A stretch of 64,000 bases of DNA from Deltaproteobacteria bacterium (GTDB lineage: Bacteria; Myxococcota_A; Polyangia; Polyangiales; Houyiibacteriaceae), in the NCBI GenBank assembly GCA_034670305.1, contig JAXMNT010000015.1, forward strand, positions 32,001 to 96,000. Reading direction: 5' to 3'. Of the stretch, positions 32,105-40,288 are shown piece by piece (position 1 is the stretch's first letter; each line of letters opens with the position of its first letter). Below the pieces are notes generated by a model. The model searched no databases. It worked only from the letters and a program-made list of their open reading frames with translations, and was not told the origin of the DNA. The position numbers and the translations under genes are program-made.

Positions 32105-33202
32105 ATGCCGGGCAGCAGTGTGGGTCGTGCGTTTCGGGTCACGACCGCGGGCGAGAGCCACGGCGCAGGCAACGTCGTGATCGTCGAGGGCTGCCCGCCA
32201 GGCATCGAGCTGAGCGCGGCCGATCTGCAGCCGGACCTCGACCGCCGCAAACCCGGTCAGTCGTCGCTGGTGACGCAGCGCAAGGAACCGGACGACGCCG
32301 AGATTCTCAGCGGCGTGTTCGAAGGGAAGACGACCGGCACGCCGATCGCGATCCTGGTGCGCAACAAGGACGCCAAGAGCAAGGACTACTCGGCGATTCG
32401 AGAGCTGTACCGGCCGGGTCACGCCGACCACTCCTTCGACGCGAAGTTCGGACGCCGCGACCACCGAGGGGGCGGTCGTTCGAGCGCCCGCGAGACCGTG
32501 GCCCGCGTGGCCGCTGGCGCGATCGCGAAGAAGGTCCTGAAGCTGCAATGCGGCGCCGACGTGCTCGGCTACGTGATCCAGGTCGGCAGCATCAAAGCGA
32601 CGGTGCCGGACGACGTGACGCTCGCCCAGGTGGAGACGTTGCCCGACGGATCTCAGAACGAGGTGCGCTGCCCCGATCCCAAGGCGTCGCTGGAGATGGC
32701 CGCCTTGATCCGCGCCGTCCGCAAAGACCAGGACTCGATCGGCGGCATCGCGGAGATCGTTGCGCGCGGGGTGCCGGCTGGGCTTGGCGCGCCGGTGTTC
32801 GACAAACTCAAGGCGGACCTCGCCAAAGCGCTCTTCAGTCTGCCGGCGGTGCTCGGCGTCGAGTACGGCGCCGGCTTCGCGGTGGCCGAGCGCCGCGGCA
32901 GCGAGAACAACGACATCTTCGTGATGCAAGACGGCGAAGTCCGCACCGAGACCAACCACCACGGCGGCATGCTCGGTGGGATCTCGAGCGGCATGCCGAT
33001 CGTGCTGCGGGCCGCGGTGAAACCCACGTCGAGTTTGCCCCGCGAGCAGCGCACCATCTCCCGAGACGGCCAGCCGGCCACCATCCGCACCACCGGCCGC
33101 CACGACCCGTGCCTGTTGCCGCGCTTCGTGCCGATGGCCGAAGCGATGGTCGCGCTGGTCCTGGTCGACCACTGGCTCCGCCAGAAGTCGGTCAGACCCT
33201 AG
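32105..33202 (+). CDS. aroC: Chorismate synthase
   Basis: GESHG, RPGHAD, RGGGRSSARET, GGMLGGISSG, KPTSS, GRHDPC. Confidence 0.97.
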   Translation: MPGSSVGRAFRVTTAGESHGAGNVVIVEGCPPGIELSAADLQPDLDRRKPGQSSLVTQRKEPDDAEILSGVFEGKTTGTPIAILVRNKDAKSKDYSAIRELYRPGHADHSFDAKFGRRDHRGGGRSSARETVARVAAGAIAKKVLKLQCGADVLGYVIQVGSIKATVPDDVTLAQVETLPDGSQNEVRCPDPKASLEMAALIRAVRKDQDSIGGIAEIVARGVPAGLGAPVFDKLKADLAKALFSLPAVLGVEYGAGFAVAERRGSENNDIFVMQDGEVRTETNHHGGMLGGISSGMPIVLRAAVKPTSSLPREQRTISRDGQPATIRTTGRHDPCLLPRFVPMAEAMVALVLVDHWLRQKSVRP

Positions 33203-33268
33203 CCACGCCCGCGAGACGGGCGCGGTCTGAACCGAGCAGTCTGCTCCTTGCGCCGAGCTCCCCCACGA

Positions 33269-33295
33269 GGGCAAGGGCAAGGGCACGGGCAAGGG
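33269..33295 (+). repeat. (GGGCAM)5 run, G-quadruplex-type motif
   Basis: GGGCAAGGGCAAGGGCACGGGCAAGGG between convergent genes. Confidence 0.85.
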
Positions 33296-33327
33296 CTGAC
33301 TCTGACGCTTTCAGCATTCAGAGTCAG
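33296..33327. terminator. Inverted repeat between convergent genes (probable terminator)
   Basis: CTGACTCTGA (33296-33305) pairs perfectly with TCAGAGTCAG (33318-33327). Confidence 0.6.
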
Positions 33328-34586
33328 GTCGCGGTCCAGGTACTCACGTCGTTGCTGATGCCGGCGGAACCGCAGCCGCTGTTGACCGTTCGGGTCGTTT
33401 CGACACGGATCGTATAGGTCGGTCCGGTGATCGCCCCGAACGTGAAGCTGCCAGTGGCCGTCGAGGCGCCCGGCATCACCGCGAAGGTCCCGACCGGGGT
33501 GCCGTTGATCACCACGCGCATGTCCTGGTTGTCGCAACTGAGCGAGTTGCCTTCGAGCGTCATGCTGAACGATACGCCGGTCATGCTCGGCAAACCCAGG
33601 GTGCGGTTGCCCTCGATGTAGTCGCCCGCGTTCCAGAGGTTCGGGAACCGGGTGACGCGGGTGTCGCCGCTGCTGGGGAACGTGAAGTTCTCCATCGGGG
33701 AGCGGCACACCGAGCTGAGGCACATCTGTCCCGGTGCGCAGACCATCGCGCAGGTTCCGCAGTTCATCTCATCGGTGGTCGTGTCGACACAACTGCCACT
33801 GCAGTTGGTGAGCGCGCCGCAGTCGGTGACGCACGCGCCGCTGTTGCACACTTCGCCCGCTTCGCAGGCCATGCCGCACGCGCCGCAGTTGGCGGCGTCG
33901 CTGGACGTGTCGATGCAGGTGCCGCCGCAGTTCATGCCGCCGGGGCAATCGAGGAAACACGCGCCGGCGACACAGGTCTCGCTGCCGACGCAGGCCGCAT
34001 CGCAGGCACCGCAGTGGGCGACCGAGGTGCTGGTGTCCACACACGTCCCGCCGCAACCGGTCTCTCCGTCCGGACAGGGCGACGCGCAGCTCCCCGCGTT
34101 GCAGACCATGTCTGCTCCACACACGTTGCCGCAGACGCCGCAGTTCGAGGTGTCGGTCGCTGGATCGATGCAGACGCCCTCGCAGTTGAGTTCGTCCTCC
34201 GCGCACACGACCACACACGCGCCGCCCATGCAGCGCGTCCCGCCCATGCAGCGCGTGCCGCAGGTGCCGCAGTTGAGAATGTCCATCGAGAGATCGGTGC
34301 AGGTGCGTCCACACGCGGTCTCGGGCGCCGTGCAGTCGGGCATGCAGACCCCAGCCACACAGTCCTCGCCCTCGAAACAAGCGAGGCCACATCCACCGCA
34401 GTGCTGGGTGCTCGTCTCGGGGTCGTGGCAGGTGCCGAGACACTCGACTTCGCCAACGGCGCAGCCGCCATCCGAGCCCATCGGCGCATCCGGGCGCGGG
34501 CCAGAGTCCACCGTACCCACGGGCGTCGCCGAACACGCCATGATCCCCACCAAGAGCAACACACCACCCAGCCGCAATGAATCCAT
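33324..34586 (-). CDS. Cys-rich lipoprotein with Stig1-like repeats
   Basis: Lipobox IMAC; about six C.G.C.D...D..NCG.CG..C repeats; beta-sandwich-like C-terminus. Confidence 0.88.
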   Translation of the reverse strand: MDSLRLGGVLLLVGIMACSATPVGTVDSGPRPDAPMGSDGGCAVGEVECLGTCHDPETSTQHCGGCGLACFEGEDCVAGVCMPDCTAPETACGRTCTDLSMDILNCGTCGTRCMGGTRCMGGACVVVCAEDELNCEGVCIDPATDTSNCGVCGNVCGADMVCNAGSCASPCPDGETGCGGTCVDTSTSVAHCGACDAACVGSETCVAGACFLDCPGGMNCGGTCIDTSSDAANCGACGMACEAGEVCNSGACVTDCGALTNCSGSCVDTTTDEMNCGTCAMVCAPGQMCLSSVCRSPMENFTFPSSGDTRVTRFPNLWNAGDYIEGNRTLGLPSMTGVSFSMTLEGNSLSCDNQDMRVVINGTPVGTFAVMPGASTATGSFTFGAITGPTYTIRVETTRTVNSGCGSAGISNDVSTWTAT

Positions 34587-34590
34587 ACCG

Positions 34591-35502
34591 TCAGGATATC
34601 AGGTCGAGCGCCTTCTCGAAGTACAGGACGTCCGGCTCGGGATTCTCGGTGTACGGCGCGGTTCGTTCGAACCCGAGCGACTCGTACAGATGCACCGCCG
34701 GCTCGAGCCGCGCGAGCGTGTCGAGACGCAACACGCGGTACCCCTCGTCGCACGCTGCGACGCGCAGGGCGTCGGCCATCCGTCGACCGAGGCGTGCCTT
34801 TCCGCGGAACGCCGGTGCTACGAACATGCGCTTGAGTTCGGCGGCGTCGTTCGAAGACCGCTCGGCCCGCAAGGCCGCACACCCGACGAGGACGCGATCC
34901 GATTGTTGTTCGGCTACGAGCAACCGGCCGCCTGGTGGCGCGTAGGCACCGGGGAGTTCGGCGAGTTCTCGATCGAATCCTTGAAAGCAGAGGTCGATTC
35001 CGAGCTCCGCCTCGTAGGCCCGGAAGAGTCGGCGCACGTCGTCGAGGTCGGTCTCGGTAGCCCAGCGCAAACGAATCGCAGGCGGTGCGGTGGCGGCTTC
35101 GATGGGCCCGAGATCGGGTGGGACGAACCCGGCGCGTGCGACGTCCGACGAGAGGGTCTCCACCCGATAGAACCGGCGGAGGAACGTCTTGTCCGCGTGG
35201 GTCTCGAGGCGGGCGAACGCGTTCGCCGGTTCCGACCGGAACGTGCGCTCGACGACCTCCATCCACGCCCGAGTGATGGACTCGTGGTAGCGGTCCGGTG
35301 GGATGCCGAGGGTACGCAGCACGACCGCGAGCAATGCGCGCATGTCGGTGAGCGCCTCGGCGGACCCACGGGTCTCCACGAAGTGAAGCGCCACCGCGAG
35401 GTGGGCCCGGTGGGTCCAGGTCGCTTCGTCGACCTCGCCTGCCGCGACGCGTTGCGCGAACGCCGCGCGTTCAGGCGCGGCGTGGAAGTCGACTTCGGTC
35501 AC
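34591..35502 (-). CDS. GNAT acetyltransferase fused to an N-terminal uncharacterised domain
   Basis: C-terminal LCFQGF..EL..LPG.Y.PP.G, ELKRMFV...RG...GR, LRLDT...AVHLYESLGF; N-terminal WTHRAHL...YHESIT...FVPPDL. Confidence 0.88.
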   Translation of the reverse strand: MTEVDFHAAPERAAFAQRVAAGEVDEATWTHRAHLAVALHFVETRGSAEALTDMRALLAVVLRTLGIPPDRYHESITRAWMEVVERTFRSEPANAFARLETHADKTFLRRFYRVETLSSDVARAGFVPPDLGPIEAATAPPAIRLRWATETDLDDVRRLFRAYEAELGIDLCFQGFDRELAELPGAYAPPGGRLLVAEQQSDRVLVGCAALRAERSSNDAAELKRMFVAPAFRGKARLGRRMADALRVAACDEGYRVLRLDTLARLEPAVHLYESLGFERTAPYTENPEPDVLYFEKALDLIS

Positions 35503-35509
35503 CGTCCGG

Positions 35510-35746
35510 CTACGTGAAACGCCAGAGCAGCAGGCCGCCGACCACAGCGAGCAGAAGCAACGTCCAGATGTGGTCGGCCCACGTCTTGCGCTTCTTCTTC
35601 TCGACCCCGACCGCTCGGCGGAACCCGCCGACCATGCTCTGCATGGCGCCGCCCCCGGTCTCGGTCACCGGTTTGCCCTGCGGCCCCGCGTACTTCCGAT
35701 CGCGCTTCTTCGTGCCACCGGACTTTTTCTGACGCTTCTTGCCCAT
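35510..35746 (-). CDS. Small basic protein with C-terminal TM helix
   Basis: MGKKRQKK...WTLLLLAVVGGLLLWRFT; GGGGAG RBS; starts right after the upstream stop. Confidence 0.7.
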   Translation of the reverse strand: MGKKRQKKSGGTKKRDRKYAGPQGKPVTETGGGAMQSMVGGFRRAVGVEKKKRKTWADHIWTLLLLAVVGGLLLWRFT

Positions 35747-35748
35747 TG

Positions 35749-36771
35749 TTAACTCCCCACGCGAACAACCACTTTTCCGAAGTGGGTGCCGCTGGCCATC
35801 TTCTCGAACGCTTCGGGGGCCGCGGAGAAGTCGAACACTTCGTCCACGACCGGCTGCATCTGGTGCGCGGCGATCGCGCGATTCATCGACTCGAATCCCG
35901 CCCGGTGTCCCACCAGGATCCCTTGCACCCGAATCTGATTCATCAAGATCTTCGTGAGCGCAATCGGTGTCTGCACGCCGGAGAGGATTCCGATGAGTGA
36001 GATGGTGCCGCCAATGCGCACCGCGCGCAGCGACTGGTCGAGGGTCTTCGCCCCGCCCACCTCGATCACGTGGTCGACGCCGCCGTCCGTGAACCCCGCC
36101 GCCGTCTTGCCCCACGCTTCGTCGGACCGGTAGTTGATCGTCTTCCAAGCGCCGAGTGCGGAGGCGCGCTCGAGTTTCTCATCGCTGCTGGAGGTGACGA
36201 CGACGCGCGCACCGAGGATCTGTGCGAACTGCAGGGCGAAGAGGCTGACGCCGCCGGTCCCTTGCACGAGCACCACATCGCCGGGCCCGACCCGCCCTTC
36301 GACCGCCAGTGCGGACCATGCGGTGAGCGCGGCACACGGCAACGTGGCCGCGGCTTCGTCGCTCAGATGCGCGGGCACCTTCACGAGCCCCTCTGCGTCA
36401 AGCGTGCGGTGAGTGGCCAAGAGGCCAGGCAGCGGTCCGCCCCGCGTGTGCCGCGCCACGTCGCGGTTCGGCGGACCGTCGAGCCATCGGGGTGCAAACG
36501 TTGCGGCGACTCGGTCCCCGACGGCGACGCGCGTCACGCCTTCGCCCACCGCGACGACCTCGCCCATGCCATCCGACACCGGCACGAGCGGCAGGCGCAT
36601 GCGCGGGTCGTACTGGCCCTTGACCATCAACAGGTCGCGGAAGTTCAGCGACGCCGCCCGAATGGCGATGGTCGCCTGCTTCGGCCCCGGCGCCGGCTCC
36701 ACCACCTCCGCCCGCTTCAACTGGTCCAGACCGAACGCATCGATCGACCAGGCGTGGCCTGAAAACGTCAA
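35749..36771 (-). CDS. NAD(P)-dependent medium-chain alcohol dehydrogenase/quinone reductase (MDR) family
   Basis: SLNFRDL, VPVSDGMGEV, LPCAALTAW, QGTGGVS, HFGKVVV. TTG start overlaps the upstream TGA. Confidence 0.92.
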   Translation of the reverse strand: MTFSGHAWSIDAFGLDQLKRAEVVEPAPGPKQATIAIRAASLNFRDLLMVKGQYDPRMRLPLVPVSDGMGEVVAVGEGVTRVAVGDRVAATFAPRWLDGPPNRDVARHTRGGPLPGLLATHRTLDAEGLVKVPAHLSDEAAATLPCAALTAWSALAVEGRVGPGDVVLVQGTGGVSLFALQFAQILGARVVVTSSSDEKLERASALGAWKTINYRSDEAWGKTAAGFTDGGVDHVIEVGGAKTLDQSLRAVRIGGTISLIGILSGVQTPIALTKILMNQIRVQGILVGHRAGFESMNRAIAAHQMQPVVDEVFDFSAAPEAFEKMASGTHFGKVVVRVGS

Positions 36772-37043
36772 CTCATCGCCGTGGGCGTCATGTCGAGCGG
36801 CGGATCGAACTCGAGCCGTTCCTCGACGAGGAAATGCGGCACCCCCTCGATCACGAGGTACGCCCGAGACCCATCGGCGCTCACGTACGCGCCCTCCACC
36901 GACTCCGGCAGTGCCCCGCCATCCGGGCGCGTCGCCGCCCCGCACTTCAGCGCGCTCTCGAGCTGGGCAATCGTCTTCGAATCCGCGAGAAACAAGGGCG
37001 CGTGCCCCTCGGGATCGGCGAACGGTACAGATGAATCGGTCAC
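36768..37043 (-). CDS. Trm112-like protein
   Basis: DP....PL...YLVIEGVPHFLVEER pattern; 91 aa. Confidence 0.65.
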   Translation of the reverse strand: MTDSSVPFADPEGHAPLFLADSKTIAQLESALKCGAATRPDGGALPESVEGAYVSADGSRAYLVIEGVPHFLVEERLEFDPPLDMTPTAMS

Positions 37044-37091
37044 GCCAGGGACCTTAGAGCAACCACGAACGGCCGTCGAACAGAGCCCACC

Positions 37092-38075
37092 TCAACGGGA
37101 AGAGGAAGGGTCGGGCTCGGCATCGGCATCGGATTCGGCGGCGGCATCGTCATCGGCTTCGGCGTCGGCTTCGGCGTCGGCATCGGCTTCGGCGTCGGCT
37201 TCGGCGTCGGCATCGGCTTCGGCATCGGCGTCGGATTCGGCTTCCGCGCCCGCGTCCGCTTCCGCTTCCGCTTCCGCTTCCGCTTCCGCTTCCGCCCCGA
37301 AGGCCGGCATGTTCCGCAAGACCCCAAACGCCAGTATCGCGTTCGTGAACACGATGCCTTCCGCGATGACGATGCCGTGCACCTGCGTCACGTAGACCGC
37401 CGCCGCGTCGAGCGCCGCGTGCCACACCACCGCCAACCACACCCAGCGCGACTCGCCGGTTGCGACCGCCCGGCACACGAGCACGGAGAACGCGACGTGT
37501 GCGACGATCGTCATCACCCGCTCGAGGGCGCCAAACAGCGGCAGCGGCCAGTAAGTGTCCCAGTACGCGCGGGCCTGCTCGACGACCTCCCCGACCTGCG
37601 CTTCGGGCACCCCCATCGCCATCAACTGCTCGGGACCGGCGCCGCGGATCGAGAGCATGCCGAGCAGCGTCAACGCGACGAGGCCGCCAAGTGCGATCGA
37701 CTCCACCCCGCCATGCCCGAGACCGTGCGCGATGCCGCCAGCGCGCGTCAGCCATGCAGGTCGGCGCCGATGCACCATCCGCAACCCGACGTACCGCGCC
37801 CACTCTTCGCACACGCCCGCGCTCAGCCCGAGCAGGATCGCGACCACCACGAACGAGGGATTCAGACTCAGTCCGCGCGCGAGCTTCTGGGCAAAGAGGT
37901 TCAGTGGGATGTGCAGGATCTGAGAGGCGGCGAACGTGGCCGTACCCACGGCCACGAGCACCAACGTCGGTCGCACCGATCGGTCCGGGATCCGCCGACG
38001 CGCCGCAAGCACCACGACCGCCACGATCGGGACGAGCACCATCACCGCGATCTCGAGGAGCGTCAGGCTCAGCAT
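37092..38075 (-). CDS. YhfC family intramembrane glutamic-type protease with an acidic repeat tail
   Basis: AGVCEEWARY, GLGHGGVES, ALERVMTIVAHVAFS, WHAALD; C-terminal (EA/DA)n tail. Confidence 0.9.
   Translation of the reverse strand: MLSLTLLEIAVMVLVPIVAVVVLAARRRIPDRSVRPTLVLVAVGTATFAASQILHIPLNLFAQKLARGLSLNPSFVVVAILLGLSAGVCEEWARYVGLRMVHRRRPAWLTRAGGIAHGLGHGGVESIALGGLVALTLLGMLSIRGAGPEQLMAMGVPEAQVGEVVEQARAYWDTYWPLPLFGALERVMTIVAHVAFSVLVCRAVATGESRWVWLAVVWHAALDAAAVYVTQVHGIVIAEGIVFTNAILAFGVLRNMPAFGAEAEAEAEAEAEADAGAEAESDADAEADADAEADAEADADAEADAEADDDAAAESDADAEPDPSSSR
37111..37294 (+). repeat. Hexamer tract T7 inside the 3' end of the YhfC-family gene
   Basis: (TCGGCN)n then (TCCGCT)n, read on the minus strand as EAEA/DADA. 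Confidence 0.92.
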
Positions 38076-38455
38076 TCGAAGTCGACCTCGTCGAACCGCG
38101 AGAGCAGGAGGCGCAGCAACAGGGGCGACGGGGCCAGCGGCGCGGCGACGCGAAAGGCGACCGAGCGACCGTCGCGATCCGGGTGGGCTGCGGCGGCCTC
38201 CGCCATCTCGCGCGGCACGTCCTGAGTCGTGTGGCGGCCGGGCCCGAGAAAGAATGGCACCGCCACCACCTCGGTGGCGCCCGCTTCGACACACGCAAGA
38301 AAGCCCTCCGCGATCGTGGGGCCGGCGATCTCGAGATGGGCGCATCGCACGATCAAATCGGGTCGACTCTCCTGAAGATCCGCGGCGATCTGCGCCGAGA
38401 GCGCGTTGGCCTCGGCGCGGCGGGACCCATGATCGATGAGAAGCAGCGCGCGCAT
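38069..38455 (-). CDS. Short CbiX/SirB-type chelatase
   Basis: LLIDHGSRR, AHLEIAGP, VPFFLGPGRH...DVP, PL. Confidence 0.9.
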   Translation of the reverse strand: MRALLLIDHGSRRAEANALSAQIAADLQESRPDLIVRCAHLEIAGPTIAEGFLACVEAGATEVVAVPFFLGPGRHTTQDVPREMAEAAAAHPDRDGRSVAFRVAAPLAPSPLLLRLLLSRFDEVDFEC

Positions 38456-38478
38456 GGGCTCGTGCTACCACGGGGCAC

Positions 38479-39282
38479 GTGACGCCCGCATCTCCCTCGA
38501 CGGCCGAGGCCGAAGCTTTCGAGACCGGATTCGGACGGGTGTCTCTGGTCGACGAGGGTCCGCCCGATGGCAAGGCGTGGGTACTCGTACACGGGATCCC
38601 CGGCAGCGCCCGCGACTTCCGCTGGTTCACGCCAGCGCTCCGAGCCGCGGCGCCCTCGGACCGCATCGTCCGCGTGGAGATGCCGGGGTTCGGGGCAACC
38701 CCGCTGCAAACGGAGCCGGACCCGTCCGTCGAAGCGCGGGCCCGCTACGTCTGCGACGTGGTGGCGGCCCTCCCCCTCGAGCGGCCGATCCTGGTCGGAC
38801 ACTCGATGGGCGGCGTGGTCGGCACGATGGCCGCGACGCTGCACCCGGAACGGTTCGCGGGTCTCGCGCTGGTGAGCAGCCCGGGACTGACCAAGCACCG
38901 CGGCCTGCGTGCGTTCCCCGCGAAGCGGCTCGCGTGGATCCTCGGCCTACCGGGTGCCGCGCGACTGTTGCGAAGACGGCTGCGCGCGGGGTTCGAGCGG
39001 GCCGGATTCCGCGGACACGACGACGCCGTCCTGCAACACACGGTGCGCTGTGTGGCGGCGCTCGACATCGACGCGCACGCGGCGCGGCTGAAGGGTCTGC
39101 GGGCGCTCGGCGTGGCGACCCACCAGAGCTACGGCATCGACGACCCGCTCATCGAACGCGACATCTTCGAAGCGCTGGCAGAGTTCGTCGACGTGACCTT
39201 GAGGTTCGAGTCGGGCGGGCACAATCCACAGAAGGCGTTCGCAGTCGAACTCGCGGAGGCGCTGGTGGCCTGGCAGTCGTGA
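38479..39282 (+). CDS. Alpha/beta hydrolase
   Basis: LVHGIPGS, MPGFG, GHSMGG nucleophile elbow, GIDD, GGHNP. Confidence 0.92.
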   Translation: MTPASPSTAEAEAFETGFGRVSLVDEGPPDGKAWVLVHGIPGSARDFRWFTPALRAAAPSDRIVRVEMPGFGATPLQTEPDPSVEARARYVCDVVAALPLERPILVGHSMGGVVGTMAATLHPERFAGLALVSSPGLTKHRGLRAFPAKRLAWILGLPGAARLLRRRLRAGFERAGFRGHDDAVLQHTVRCVAALDIDAHAARLKGLRALGVATHQSYGIDDPLIERDIFEALAEFVDVTLRFESGGHNPQKAFAVELAEALVAWQS

Positions 39283-40241
39283 CGCGGCGCGGCCTGTCGC
39301 ACTCGAGCCTCGAGTGGGTCGAGACCAGGACTCGAGCACCGGTCGTCGGTCAGACCCACGTCCAGACACTCTGGAGCGGGTACGGCGCGATCACTCGACT
39401 CGAGCTCGAGGACGGTCGAACGGTGGTGCTGAAGGAAGTCGCCCCCGCCGACGAGACCACCCACCCCCGCGGCTGGAGCGGCCGTCGCTCGCATGAACGC
39501 AAACTCCGTTCGTACGAAGTCGAACACCGTTTCTACGCGTCGCACGTGGGCGGGTCCGGTTTGCCGCGCGTCCCCACCCCGATCGCGCTCGACCGCTCGG
39601 CGACCGGTTGGCGCTTCTTGCTCGAAGATCTGGACGCGGCCGGCTACGCAGGACGCGCTCGCTCTGGTGCCACCGACATCCATGCGTGTCTCACGTGGCT
39701 CGCGGGTTTCCATGGGCACTTTCTTGGGCAGCCGCCGGATGGGTTGTGGCCCACCGGCACGTACTGGCACCTCGCGACCCGCCCCGACGAGCTGGCCGTC
39801 ACCGAAGACCGCGTGTTGAAACGCGCCGCGGCGGGACTCGACCGACTCCTGAACACCTGCCAGCACCAGAGCTTCGTGCACGGCGACGCCAAACTCGCCA
39901 ACTTCTGCTTCGGCGACACTGCAGACGGGGTGGCCGCGGTCGACTTCCAATACGTGGGTGGCGGCTGCGGCATGAAGGACGTCGCCTACTTCTTCAGCAG
40001 CATCTGGCACGACCGCGAATGCCGCGCCCGCGCACCCGCAGCGCTCGACTTCTACTTCGAGCGACTGCGCGAAGCCGTGCCCAGTGGTACGGACGCCGAC
40101 GCGCTCGAATCGGAGTGGCGCGCGCTCTACCCGGTGGCCTGGGCGGACTTCCACCGGTTCCTCTCAGGTTGGGCACCGAGCCACCAGAAGATCCACCCCT
40201 ACACCCGAGCGATGACAGAGGCCGCCCTTCGCCTGCTCTAG
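39279..40241 (+). CDS. Choline/ecdysteroid kinase-like phosphotransferase
   Basis: QTLWSGYG, SYEVE..FY, LLEDL, HGDAKLANF, VDFQYVG.G.G.KD. GTG overlaps the upstream stop. Confidence 0.88.
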   Translation: MTRRGLSHSSLEWVETRTRAPVVGQTHVQTLWSGYGAITRLELEDGRTVVLKEVAPADETTHPRGWSGRRSHERKLRSYEVEHRFYASHVGGSGLPRVPTPIALDRSATGWRFLLEDLDAAGYAGRARSGATDIHACLTWLAGFHGHFLGQPPDGLWPTGTYWHLATRPDELAVTEDRVLKRAAAGLDRLLNTCQHQSFVHGDAKLANFCFGDTADGVAAVDFQYVGGGCGMKDVAYFFSSIWHDRECRARAPAALDFYFERLREAVPSGTDADALESEWRALYPVAWADFHRFLSGWAPSHQKIHPYTRAMTEAALRLL

Positions 40242-40288
40242 CCGGTGCTGTTTTCGGGAACCGCAGCGCTGCGCTGCTGCGCGCGGCG

